A stretch of 39,728 nucleotides of DNA. Source: Octopus bimaculoides (lineage: Eukaryota). Both the position numbers and the translations under genes were made by a program. A model generated the notes under the pieces. The model had not been told where the DNA came from and made no database searches. It worked only from the letters and a program-made list of their open reading frames with translations. Shown here in pieces: positions 23,659-34,494 of this stretch (position 1 is the stretch's first letter; every line of letters starts with the position of its first letter). The stretch spans positions 118,413,280 to 118,453,007 of the forward strand of contig NC_068984.1 in NCBI RefSeq assembly GCF_001194135.2, read 5' to 3'.

Positions 23659-24308
23659 TGAATAAACAGAGCTACAGATGTAGTATTGATACCAAAACTT
23701 GAAATATTCCCCAGTGCGTTCTAATGCAACATCCATTTTTTAGTGGTGAATATTTTACCTTTGTATATGGATGCTTACATTTCGAAAACCTGTTATGTAT
23801 TCTTGTCTTATATCAGTAATGTTATGTAACTAAGACTTCGATAGAAATATTTTTAAAATATTTCAAAGAAGTTCCTCATGATTCTTGTTTAAGATAGTTC
23901 ACGTATCCTTTTTCAGTTACTGGAGTTAAATAAACTATGTTTTGATAGAAAATCGTGTGCATCGAAATTGTTCAAATGTGAAATTCTGTCACAGAACAGT
24001 CTGACGTAATAAAACATATCTATGGCAACAAAACAAACGTTTGATGACAACAAAACCGCATTGGAATGAACACACACACACACACAGAGTATACATGTAT
24101 GTGTGTGTGTGTGTGTGTATGTGTGTGTGTTTGTCTGCAGTTGTCTCTCTCTCTCTCTCTCTCTTCATCTATCTGTACACACATGCGCGCGCACGCACAC
24201 ACACAGTATACATGTATGTGTGTGTTTGTCTGCAGTTGTCTCAAGTTTTTTTCTCTCTCCCTCTCTCCTCTCTCTCTCTCTCTATCTATACACACACACA
24301 CATACACG

Positions 24309-24379
24309 CTACTATAGCCTCGGGCCGACCAGAGCTTTGTGAGTAGATTTTGTAGATGGAAACTGAAAGAAGCCCGTCA

Positions 24380-24410
<31 letters not shown>

Positions 24411-24635
24411 GTGTGTTTTGTATCTGCATTTGTCCCACCCACCCACATAGCTTGACAACCGCAGTTGATGTGTACGTTCCCATAACCTAGCAGTCCGGCA
24501 AAGAAGACCGATAGAATAAGCACTAGGTTTACAAACAATAAGTCCTGAGGTCGATTTCTTCGACTAAAGAACCCTTTAAGACAGTGCTCGAGCATGGCCG
24601 AAGTCAAACGACAAACAAGTAAGAGAATAAAAGAA
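24309..24635 (+). mobile_element. SINE family A, 5' truncated
   Basis: Starts at CTACTATAGCCTCGGGCCGACC and continues to the tail. Confidence 0.8.
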
Positions 24636-25048
24636 AAGGAATTTATCTTCCAGCTTTACTTTTCGAGTTCAAAATCCGCCGGGGTCGACTTTGTCTTTCA
24701 TCTTTTCGGGGTTGATAAAAAATAAGTACCAGTTAATTATTGGGCTCGATGTAATTGACTTACCCACTCCCCTCAAAATTACNNNNNNNNNNNNNNNNNN
24801 NNNNNNNNNNNNNNNNNNNNNNNNNNNNNNNNNNNNNNNNNNNNNNNNNNNNNNNNNNNNNNNNNNNNNNNNNNNNNNNNNNNNNNNNNNNNNNNNNNNN
24901 NNNNNNNNNNNNNNNNNNNNNNNNNNNNNNNNNNNNNNNNNNNNNNNNNNNNNNNNNNNNNNNNNNNNNNNNNNNNNNNNNNNNNNNNNNNNNNNNNNNN
25001 NNNNNNNNNNNNNNNNNNNNNNNNNNNNNNNNNNNNCTCCGAGTCTTC

Positions 25049-25320
25049 TCACACCCCCGCCCCCCATTTGCCAGCGCGCATTTTCTTTTTTTTCTTTTTT
25101 CATATTCGTTTACTACATGTTGTTTTACACCTATTACACAATTTTTTTTTTCATTTTTGTGACCGGGTGTTGAAGTGGGGTTACTGGATCGTGTTAATTA
25201 TCTGAGTCCGTACCCCGCACCCGTCACAATTTTTTTTTTTTAATAGTGTACTAGGTGTAAAATAATGTGTAGTAAACGGATATGAAGAAAAAAATTTCGC
25301 CGACGAACGGGGAAGTGAAC
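25049..25320. repeat. Fold-back (MITE-like) inverted repeat
   Basis: 40-bp arms at 25100-25139 and 25246-25285 match at 35/40 positions, with weaker inner and outer arms. Confidence 0.7.
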
Positions 25321-25479
25321 TGTCCAGGAATCGAACTCACTATCTCATGATTGTGAGCCCGATGCTCTAACCAGAGTCATACGCCTCCTAAACGAAGAAA
25401 ATTAAGGTGAGCGTCAAGGAGGAGGTTGAATGGTAGCAAGGAGTTCTAATAGTAAATAGGAGAGGGTGACAGTTTTTTT

Positions 25480-25720
25480 TCTTCAGTTTGGCTGTCCTCC
25501 CGGATGCTTCAATGATATTACGCGAGCAAAACATCCAACACAGTCCCTCCTTATATGTTCTTAATTCGTGAACGTTTGCCATTCCACTGACTTCAAGTAA
25601 CTTGTCCACATAATTTAGACGTTTTCTTCTGCTGTTGATTCTTCCTTCAACTGACTGCCATAAAGAACGGTAGCAAGGATGAAATGATGAAAGACTAGTC
25701 ATACTATCGTATGAAAACTG
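25480..25720 (-). mobile_element. RTE-type LINE 3' relic
   Basis: LWQSVEGRINSRRKRLNYVDKLLEVSGMANVHELRT resembles the post-RT G-R-x-R-GRPR-x-T-Y-V-D segment. Confidence 0.55.
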
Positions 25721-25785
25721 AATCAGTGTCCTCATGCTTATAGCTACTCGGAGTGTGATGGAACTATCCAGTGTCAACGACATCA

Positions 25786-25990
25786 TTTTGGCACAACGCC
25801 GGTAATTTCAGGGAGGGGTAACACGATTGCATCGATCCCAGTACTCAACTAGTACTTAGATATTACTTATTTTATCTCTTTTACCTTGAAAGGATGTAAA
25901 ACAAAGTGGATTACGGCGGAATTTGAACTCAGAACGTAAAGACGGGCCAATGCCGCTAAGCATTTTGCCCGGCCTGCTAACAATTCTGCC
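25786..25990 (-). mobile_element. SINE family C
   Basis: Reverse complement of the 20124 element. Confidence 0.65.
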
Positions 25991-26644
25991 ATTATTATCA
26001 AAGTTATTCCCCTTGACATATCACTGATTATTAATAATTACCTCCCTTACATGAGTTGTGAAAGAAGGAAGCAGCGGGTAGTTGATTTTATTTTTATCTT
26101 TTACTAGCTTTAGTCATTAAACTGCGACCATGCTGGGGCACCGCCTTCGAAATTTATCAGAGAAAGCTTAACATCACGAGATCTCTTCAGTACGGTTTTG
26201 TCAAGGACAATTTCTCTACTGCTAAAAGCATCCACTACACACAGTTATGTGGTTGGTGATAGGAAGGGTATCAACCCAAAGAAACCCAACTAAAAATAAA
26301 ACATACCTGTTCTAAGAGTGTAGTGGATCACAGTAAGAATATGACGACCTATCCAACCCATTCATGTGGAAGTGGAATTTGAATGAATAGTCTGTAAACC
26401 TCATGTGGTATTAGGGAAAATATATGCTTCGCATACAGTGCATACATTCTAATGAGAACCTTTACATGGCTGCTAAGATCAGCAGCCAAACCTCTCTCAA
26501 ACAACACCTTCCCATCCTAAAAGAAAAATGAAAGGGAATCACATATTGATTAATGCAATCCAAAAAGTCAAGGTGGTCATGGCCACAATGTATTTGATTA
26601 CATAAGTTTGCTTGGTCAGGGTTAACTGAAGTCTAAACAATGGT

Positions 26645-26700
26645 AAATAGCATACCATTTTATGTAAATGCCAAATAGCATACCATTTTATGTAAATGCA
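26645..26700. repeat. 28-bp tandem duplication
   Basis: AAATAGCATACCATTTTATGTAAATGC(C/A) repeated twice. Confidence 0.9.
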
Positions 26701-26742
26701 AATTGAATTATCCGAAGGAATTTCCAAAATTAATCAAATTAA

Positions 26743-27152
26743 AGCATGGCTGTATGGAGCTCACTTTGCAACCACAAGGTTTTGGGTTCAGTCCCACGTA
26801 ACAGCAACTTGGACAATTGTCTTCTACAACAGCCCTGGGACAACCAAAGCCGTGTGAGTGAATTTCAGCAGAGAGAGAGAGAGAGATAAAGAGAGAAAGA
26901 GAGCGTGTGTATGTGTGTGTGTGTGTGCATGTGCATGTGTGCACATGTGTGCGTGCATGTGTGTGTGTGTCTTTGTGTTCGTATTGCACTACCACTTGAC
27001 AGCCAGTGTTGGTTTGTTTATAAACCCAAAGCAGTTCAGCAAAAGAAACCTATGAATTAAGTACCAGACTTTAAAAAATCCTAAGTACTGGGGTCAATTC
27101 ATTCAATGAAACCTTTCAAGGCAGTCCAATGGCTGAAACAAATAAAAGATAA
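26743..27152 (+). mobile_element. SINE family A, diverged, about 150 nt downstream of the ANAPC10 stop (antisense)
   Basis: Family A head, core, microsatellite and tail blocks are recognisable. Confidence 0.7.
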
Positions 27153-27265
27153 ACGATGATATAAAGAAAAGAAGACAAATGAAGATTATTATATAAAAAA
27201 ACAAAATTTAATTATGAAATGTGTAAGTTCATTTTTATCTACATTTTTCTTTTTAATTTTCTTAT

Positions 27266-27271
27266 TTTATT
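27266..27271 (-). terminator. Candidate polyadenylation signal for ANAPC10
   Basis: AATAAA on the minus strand about 30 nt after the stop codon. The region is AT-rich, so a chance match is possible. Confidence 0.3.
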
Positions 27272-27301
27272 TTCAAAATACTCAATCTACTTTTATGTCC
27301 A

Positions 27302-27581
27302 TTATTTAAAATAAGCATACTGCATCATTTCAGAACTTGTGAATTTTGGTGCAGGATGAATTGAAGTGTCCATAACTGGAGATCTGACCTTGATGCGACG
27401 TATGTGAGTATCCCGGCCATTCTGATGATTGGAAAGAACTGCAAGTTGAATCATAAAAGTTCGTATATGTTTGTCATTTGAATCTTTGAGAGGAATCCTA
27501 ACCCAACCAACTGGTTCGATTAGTTCCACTTGCTCAAGTTCGACTAAATCGTGGAAATTATTTCCTGCACGAATTGAGATT
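27302..27581 (-). CDS. ANAPC10: Anaphase-promoting complex subunit 10, coding exon 3 (280 nt, includes stop)
   Basis: Acceptor tttttttcag|A. Reads ISIRAGNNFHDLVELEQVELIEPVGWVRIPLKDSNDKHIRTFMIQLAVLSNHQNGRDTHIRRIKV...MMQYAYFK*. The joined CDS is 115+163+280=558 nt, or 185 aa plus stop. Confidence 0.96.
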
Positions 27582-27956
27582 CTGAAAAAAATTAATGAAT
27601 TATTTGAATTATTATGGAAGACTTTTAAGGAAAAATTAATTTATTTCCAATCATCAACCTACTAAGACCTGAGCCCCTGCGCCTAATTTTACCCTCCACC
27701 TGGGCTCCTGGGCAAAAAAATAAATAATTGTATACACAGCTCGAGAGTAATGATTACAGGCAAACTATTCAACAGAATCACAAAAACATTCAAGAGAATA
27801 ATAATAATAGGCCTATCTCTCAACTACCATATTTGTTCACCCAAATCACTACTTTCCTCATCACGTCCACCAGTTTGATTGTTTAAATCACTCTCGTTGT
27901 CTGTGTAAGGATAAACCCTTCATCCAAAGAATAAATATCAATAATTTCTTCCTTAA

Positions 27957-28183
27957 CCCTTTAGCATTTAAACTGGCCATATCCAGCCAAAATATTCTAC
28001 CGGTTTTATGTTCAAAATAGCCAGATCCAGTCTCTTACACTTACACTACAATGTCATTCTAAAAATAAACAATCATGCCATTGAAATCTTGAAGCTAAAA
28101 GACAGTGTATGATTAATTCAAAACAATGTGAATAAATAAGGATTACACTTGACAGAGTAATCTGACAGAGTAATGCTAAAGGA
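27957..28183 (+). mobile_element. piggyBac-like TTAA MITE
   Basis: TTAA|CCCTTTAGCATT ... AATGCTAAAGGA|TTAA. The TIR matches at 11/12 positions and there is a TTAA duplication. Confidence 0.75.
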
Positions 28184-28636
28184 TTAAAGAGCCTAGGCCT
28201 TGCTTATTTATCAAACAAAGTACTGGGATCATCATATGCCCAATTCATAGTAAAAACATCCATTTTTTTTTTTTATCATTAAAAACAAAAGTAGACAACA
28301 GCTATGAGGGACGCCATTAATAATGAGTCATAATTACACTTGACTACAAAGCTGCAACATAACCAGTTGTCTATTTTTTTTGTATTTTATCTTCTTTTTC
28401 TATGAGTTGTTCATTATCATTTTAACTGGTATCTGGTAGAGATTACATTTATGTTATTCCTGCTACAACAAGAACATGGAACGATAAGGTTAACATTATT
28501 TTTCCTAGGTATATCTATAGAGGAATACCATGAATTATGGTTCAAATTACATGTCACATAATTTAACTTAGTAAGAGCTTCAATTTGTTTCAAAATAAAG
28601 TACTTGTCACAAAGATTTTACTGTTGTTGACCTGTA

Positions 28637-28881
28637 ACATCATCCAACAGTTGGGGAGTTGTCTACATCAACAGCTGGATGATTGTTAACACCATCACTT
28701 GGAGAGTAGATTACACCAACATTTGGAGAGTGATTGCCACTGATGCTAACATAACACCATCACATCATCCAACAAATGGCGAGTTACCTACAGCAACAGT
28801 TGGATGTTTGTGTACACCAAAACCGGGAGAGTTGATTACACCAACAATTGGAGACTTGGTGTTATACTACTAACATAACAC
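28637..28881. repeat. Higher-order minisatellite: two ~125-bp units built from ~21-bp monomers
   Basis: Units start with ACATCATCCAACA at 28637 and 28762 and end with CTAACATAACAC. The monomer is approximately ACACCAACAGTTGGAGAGTTG. Confidence 0.75.
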
Positions 28882-29184
28882 TGAGAAATTTGAATATGTT
28901 AAGGAAACCTGTATAACTAGACATTTCCCAGACTGTTTCTCTTCCAAGGATGGGCTTCCTATCACCCCTTCCTTTCTCATTCATAAACAAAAGAGTATTA
29001 TAAAAGTAGATTATTTCGGTAACCATGGGAGCTATGAAAAAATACAAAGCCAGCATCACCACTAGATCATTCTACACATCTGTGTAATTTTTCGTGCAAT
29101 TCCATCCATGAATCCCAAGACAAGAAAGAATCGCCCATGTCAAATTTATATTTATAGATTTCACTAATTATTAATTACTCCTAA

Positions 29185-29389
29185 CACTTTAGCATTTAAA
29201 CCAACCAAATACTCTGTTTTATGTTCAAACTGGCCAGATCTTACCTTGTACACCAACCCAACAATGCCATTCTAAAATCAAACAACCACATCATTTAAAT
29301 CTCAAAGTTATGAAATAATGCGTGATTAACTCAAAACAATGTGAATGAATAAGCTTTACATTTGACAAAATAATCTGAATGCTGAATGG
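29185..29389 (+). mobile_element. piggyBac-like MITE, diverged
   Basis: Collinear with 27957-28183. It ends about 33 nt from the exon 2 donor. Confidence 0.62.
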
Positions 29390-29422
29390 TTAGAACAAAT
29401 AAATCTTTTAGGTTTGTTGTAC

Positions 29423-29585
29423 CTGTTGGGTGTGTAACTCTCATCTGCTTTGTAATTTGTATAAAGACATATATCTTGAATAATTGTTTTTCGTCGGAAT
29501 TGTACATTCACCAAGTGAGGTTGTGGACCGTCTGATTGCCAATATGTGTCAAAATCTTCATCTCGTAACTGTTCAACACCAAATC
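29423..29585 (-). CDS. ANAPC10: Anaphase-promoting complex subunit 10, coding exon 2 (163 nt)
   Basis: Acceptor ttttttaaaacag|GA. Reads (G)FGVEQLRDEDFDTYWQSDGPQPHLVNVQFRRKTIIQDICLYTNYKADESYTPN(R), the DOC-domain core. Donor AACAG|GTACAA. Phases are consistent with both neighbouring exons. Confidence 0.96.
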
Positions 29586-29732
29586 CTGTTTTAAAAAAGG
29601 AATGCAATATCATGTAAATCCAACTAATACTATTTATAAAGAAAGACTTATGTATCTTGAAAGAGAGAGATAGAAGTGGGTGTCCAAGTGTATTTAAAGG
29701 TTTATTTAATGAAAGATCTATCATTTTTAGTT

Positions 29733-29920
29733 ATCATCATCATCGTCGTCGTTTAACGTCCGCTTTCCATGCTAGCATGGGTTGGACGATTTGACTGAGT
29801 ATTAGTGAACCAGATGGCTGCACCAGGCTCCAATCTGATCTGGCAGAGTTTCTACAGCTGGATGCCCTTCCTAACGCCAACCACTCCGAGAGTGTAGTGG
29901 GTGCTTTTACGTGCCACCAG
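29733..29920 (-). mobile_element. Dispersed repeat with (GAT)n 3' tail, also at about 31682-31835
   Basis: CATCATCGTCGTCGTTTAACGTCCGCTTTCCATGCTAGCATGGGTTGGAC...GGATGCCCTTCC recurs in diverged form. Confidence 0.6.
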
Positions 29921-30219
29921 CAATTATATCTATAATAGTAAAAGCGAAATTCTGTCTGTTCATCCATCCAGCCATCCAGGACCCCTGCATCTCAGTCTAC
30001 ATTTGCTCTACATAGACATATTATACCTATTTGGAATCAGGATGATCCCAGGATTGAAAATCTGCCCTACATTTGGTTCTCGAATATTCAGCATTGGGAT
30101 CAGGTTTGGTTGAGGATTTGTTGGCATATGTTAACATTTGAAAATTCAGATTTTAAAAGAACACCATAAATTTGTGAATTCACAAGTCCTTCATTCAAAC
30201 TGAATTTCAAGTAACTTAG

Positions 30220-30490
30220 ACAAACCTTATTCAGGGACCTTTTGAGCAGGATGGGCTACTCGACCTGAAGAAAATTCTAACTGGGCCCCACCTGCGAGGT
30301 CATGCACTGTTTATTTTGATGAGATCACTGCATCGCGCACATATAGTTGTGATGCATGTGCCTGCTGTACCCTTATCAGACGAGTAGTCATGATGGGTAT
30401 AATGGGCTTCGTATATTTTACCCCAGTGTCAATTTGATGGCATGCACTGCTCTCTCACTCAATAATAATAATAATAATAATAATAATAAT
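30220..30490 (+). mobile_element. Retroelement-like 3' fragment ending in (AAT)n
   Basis: About 250 bp of complex sequence ending in CTCTCTCACTC(AAT)n. Family unassigned. Confidence 0.4.
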
Positions 30491-30569
30491 TTCAAATTTT
30501 GGCCAGCAACTTTGAGAGTGGAGGTGGAGGTACAGCCAGTACAAACAGGTGTTTGCAAATTAAAGTTTT

Positions 30570-30760
30570 TTATCTTTTACTTTGTTTTAGTCATTAGATT
30601 GTGGCCATACTGGGGCACTGCCTTGAAGAATTTTTGGTCAAATGTATCAACCCCAGTACTTATTTTTAAAAGTATTCTATTGCCGAACTACTAAGTCATG
30701 GGGACATAAACACACCAGCACCAGTTGTCAACCGGAGGTGTGGGGACAAACACAGACATG
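30570..30760 (-). mobile_element. SINE family A, 3' half
   Basis: Contains CAGTCATTAGATTGTGGCCATACTGGGGCACTGCC...CCCCAGTACTTAT. Confidence 0.7.
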
Positions 30761-30812
30761 AAGACACACACACATAGATATATATACATACATACATACA
30801 TACATATATATA

Positions 30813-31010
30813 CAGGGTGCAATGGGTAAATTGTCACCAATTTATATTTTTAATTTCACGCATGGGCATTGTTTGTTTTTGATTCTGTCAACTACATTGT
30901 ATAGTAGGGTCAGTTGGGCACCATCTATGAGAAAAACAGCACCATGAAGCAATTCCCTCTGCCAGAAATTTGGAAAGGACCTGCTGTACTGCTTGGCATT
31001 CATACCAGAA
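30813..31010 (+). mobile_element. Second left end of the same Tc1/mariner family
   Basis: TA|CAGGGTGCAATGGGTAAATTG. Collinear with 36569-36755. Confidence 0.72.
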
Positions 31011-31218
31011 CTGAAAGAAGCCCGTTGTATATATATATATATATATATATATACACCAGTGTTGGTGTATTTATGTCCCATAATTTAGCAGTTCAGCAAA
31101 AGAGACTGATAGAATAAGTACCAGGCTTAAAAATTAAGTACTGGGGTCAATTCATTAGACTAAAAACCTTTCAAGGCAGTGCTCCAGTATGGCTGCAGTC
31201 AAATGACTAGAACAAGTA
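31008..31218 (+). mobile_element. SINE family A, 3' part fused to a DNA transposon end
   Basis: Runs from AACTGAAAGAAGCCCG to GCAGTCAAATGACTAGAACAAGTAA. Confidence 0.7.
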
Positions 31219-31834
31219 ATATATATATTATACACACACACACAGACTATCATCATTTTCAACTTGTGTTTTCCCCATTAATTTCCAAATAAGATATAAG
31301 GTTTCAAGCTTATGAGGTAGCAATGGTTGAGATCATGTCATTTTATAATTTCTTCAAAAGCAATGCCAAAAAAAACAAAAAAAAAGCATTAGAAGGGAAA
31401 ATTGGCTTTTTGTTGTCTCCTTTACTGGTAATTTATCTCTCGTTCTGTAAAACTCATTACAGAGTTCTAGCATTATATCCGTTATATTAAAACACCATTC
31501 CCCAGTGTCAGTAGGAGTTGTGAAATAAGGAATGGGAAAAAAAAAAAATAGAAGCTTCTGGAAAACTTGAACTGTTAGTTGGTCTTGATTTCAAACAGAA
31601 TCTAATCTGCTTCCACATTTGCCACAAACGCTCATGAAAAAACCTTAAATATTCCTGTAATTTTTTTTTTTTTTTTTTCCATTCATCATTATCATCGTCA
31701 TCATTTTAATGTCGGTTTTCCATGCTAGCATAGGTTGGACTGTTTGACATGAGCTGGAAAGCCAGAGGACTGCACCAAGCTCTATTGTCTGCTTTACCAT
31801 GGTTTCTACGGCTGGATGCTCTTCCCAGTGACAT

Positions 31835-32160
31835 CCATTTTGAGGTCTAGTATAACTCTCAATTTCAAGGTTTGGTGCCAGCTCCTCCAGTATCTTCCAC
31901 ATATATATATCACTGCGTACCTCTTCTGTCTTAGCTCCAAGGAATAGAGACACAGCTCTTTCGGTCTCTCCCAGTAGCTCAGCTATTCCATTGATGCACT
32001 CTTCCTCGTGTAGTATCTCTGAACTGCCTCAAGTTCTGCTATTAATCCTACAGTGTAGGGTGACCATAGTTGAAGGCAGTAGTCCAAACGGCTGAAGACA
32101 AATGTCCTCCATAGGACTAGCATAGTTTCCTGGTCCCTTGTTCTGTAGGTTCACAGAATC
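31835..32160 (-). mobile_element. CR1/L2-type LINE, RT C-terminal relic
   Basis: [48 protein letters not shown]...LSYWERPKELCLYSLE, then after a frameshift WKILEELAPNL. Confidence 0.82.
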
Positions 32161-32161
32161 C

Positions 32162-32192
<31 letters not shown>

Positions 32193-32329
32193 TACATACA
32201 TACATATATATACATATACATACATGCATATATATATACATATACATACATACATATATATACACAGACAAATACATACATACATATATACATAGAGATG
32301 TGTGCATGTGTGAAAGACCAGTGAACATG

Positions 32330-32546
32330 TGATAGCTCGTTCATGATTGCATCTCAGCTGGCATTATAGAAACAGATTTTGCTGCAACTCTTTTCAATCA
32401 CAATTATTCTACAGCTGAATGAACTGGAGCAACATGAAATAAAGTGTCTTGCTCAAGAACACAACATGCAGCCCAGTCCCGGATTCGAACTCACAACCTC
32501 ATGATCATAAGCTCGACGCCCTAACCACTGAGCCATGCGCCTTCAC
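32330..32546 (-). mobile_element. SINE family D with intact A and B boxes
   Basis: Minus strand reads GTGAAGGCGCATGGCTCAGTGGTTAGGGCG...GTTCGAATCCGGG. Confidence 0.75.
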
Positions 32547-32550
32547 AGTG

Positions 32551-32598
32551 AATAAAATATTACAAAATTCCGGTTTTTTTGGAGGGTACCCCCTCATA
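32551..32598 (+). mobile_element. Solo mariner right terminus
   Basis: AAAATTCCGGTTTTTTTGGAGGGTACCCCCTCA|TA resembles the 14636-14667 terminus. Confidence 0.6.
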
Positions 32599-32981
32599 TA
32601 TCTATATTTATATATATAGATATAAATGCATGTATGATATGTATCACATGTGTGAGTGTTAGTATATGTGTTTGATTCTGTCTCCATGACTCATCATGTA
32701 CTAATTGTAAACAAACATAGCTGTATTATAAGCAGTACTGTTTGTTTATAACCTCCTATGAAAATATGCCCAAACTAGGGGTGGTAAAAACATTACATTT
32801 GTTGGAAACAGGGAAGGGTTGGCAACAACAAGAGCATACTGGTATAGCAAATGTGCCTCGACAAATCTCATCTGAGTGGAGTAAAGTAAACATTAAAATG
32901 ATGATAATTATGATGACAGTGTCTGGAATGGTGCAGCTTCTAAAACAATGGCTACCTAAAACTTTCCAATTTTTGTCCCTT

Positions 32982-33036
<55 letters not shown>

Positions 33037-34007
33037 AGTAGTTTTGGCTCCTTGAAGATGATTAATCTCATGCGTTGTCTCCCTAGGCCCAGCTAATTCA
33101 TGCCTCTCCACTCATCTCATCATTACTAGCCACTCCCAGAACCTGCACTAATCACTTTTCCCAGAACCCAATCCTTCCTCACCAGGTGTCCATCCTTCCA
33201 GTATTCACTCCCTGCCTGTGTTTAAATTGCAGTTGTGCAAAAACATCAACAACCACAGTAACCTAACCAGTTTTAGAAGACCTATGTAGGGTATTGCCTA
33301 CCACCCTTTTCTCTAGATCAAGCCATTACAAAAAAAATGAAATTTTTTAAAAAGTACTTTATTTTATGTTACCCCAGTTCACCAAGATATGCGAAATAGG
33401 TAACAGACTAGTTGGGAATGTTACTGGCAACAAACCATCATCAGAAATGGGATAAAAACTTATTTTTCATGTTTCATTCCATGAAACCAGACCTTAAGCA
33501 CAATCTCTTAAAATAGATTTTTTTTTTTTTTTCNNNNNNNNNNNNNNNNNNNNNNNNNNNNNNNNNNNNNNNNNNNNNNNNNNNNNNNNNNNNNNNNNNN
33601 NNNNNNNNNNNNNNNNNNNNNNNNNNNNNNNNNNNNNNNNNNNNNNNNNNNNNNNNNNNNNNNNNNNNNNNNNNNNNNNNNNNNNNNNNNNNNNNNNNNN
33701 NNNNNNNNNNNNNNNNNNNNNNNNNNNNNNNNNNNNNNNNNNNNNNNNNNNNNNNNNNNNNNNNNNNNNNNNNNNNNNNNNNNNNNNNNNNNNNNNNNNN
33801 NNNNNNNNNNNNNNTTCCTGCATATATATATGTATATATATATATCTGAAAGCTGTAGAAAACACAACACAAAATATAATAGTTACAAGAAACTGAAACT
33901 AACAAGGCAGCCTTACACAGAAAAAAATCTGTCTCAATAAATCCCATCTGAGCCATGTAAACATGAGAAAATGAGGTGTATCCAAGGTGTGGTTATTGCT
34001 AGTTGAG

Positions 34008-34044
<37 letters not shown>

Positions 34045-34371
34045 TGTCTGTCTGTCAGAGAGAGAGAGACAGAGAGAGAGACAGAGAGAGATTTTCGATT
34101 CATGATTATATGTTCATTAGTATGCTGATGTGTTGAGTAAAGCACTGGCACAGTTTGGGCTACCTGGTGTCATATCTGCCATTGGGGTATATTTCCGTTG
34201 GATCTACTTCCAGAATTCCGCAGTGTTAGTTGAGATAATAATTGATTAAGTAAACAGAAGATGGAATTGGTATAATTCTTTATTTTGTATGATGATCGTT
34301 TCAGCTAATGACTGTTCACAGACATACAATCCAGTGACTTAAACCAGTAAAGAATATAAGAATATTATTAC

Positions 34372-34486
34372 CTGGTTTACAGGATGATAGTGACCAAACA
34401 GCTTGATTACCAACTTCTCTGATTTTACCTTCTCGTTCATCTTCAAAGATTGCAGCCTCTTGGCAAGTGTTTAATTTGACAGCCAT
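34372..34486 (-). CDS. ANAPC10: Anaphase-promoting complex subunit 10, coding exon 1 (115 nt)
   Basis: The ATG at 34486-34484 reads MAVKLNTCQEAAIFEDEREGKIREVGNQAVWSLSSCKP-G, matching the APC10 motif REIGSQAVWSLSSCKPG. It ends at a phase-1 donor CCAG|GTAATA. Confidence 0.95.
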
Positions 34487-34494
34487 CACACAGA

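Noticed and set aside
29356-29724. 122-aa ORF as a stand-alone gene
   Set aside because: Only 29423-29585 is APC10-like and splice-bounded. The rest is intron read-through.
29929-30060. A|TCTATAATAGTAAAAGCG...TCTGTCTG Helitron-like 5' end
   Set aside because: It is suggestive, but no 3' hairpin or CTRR end and no second copy were found in the window.
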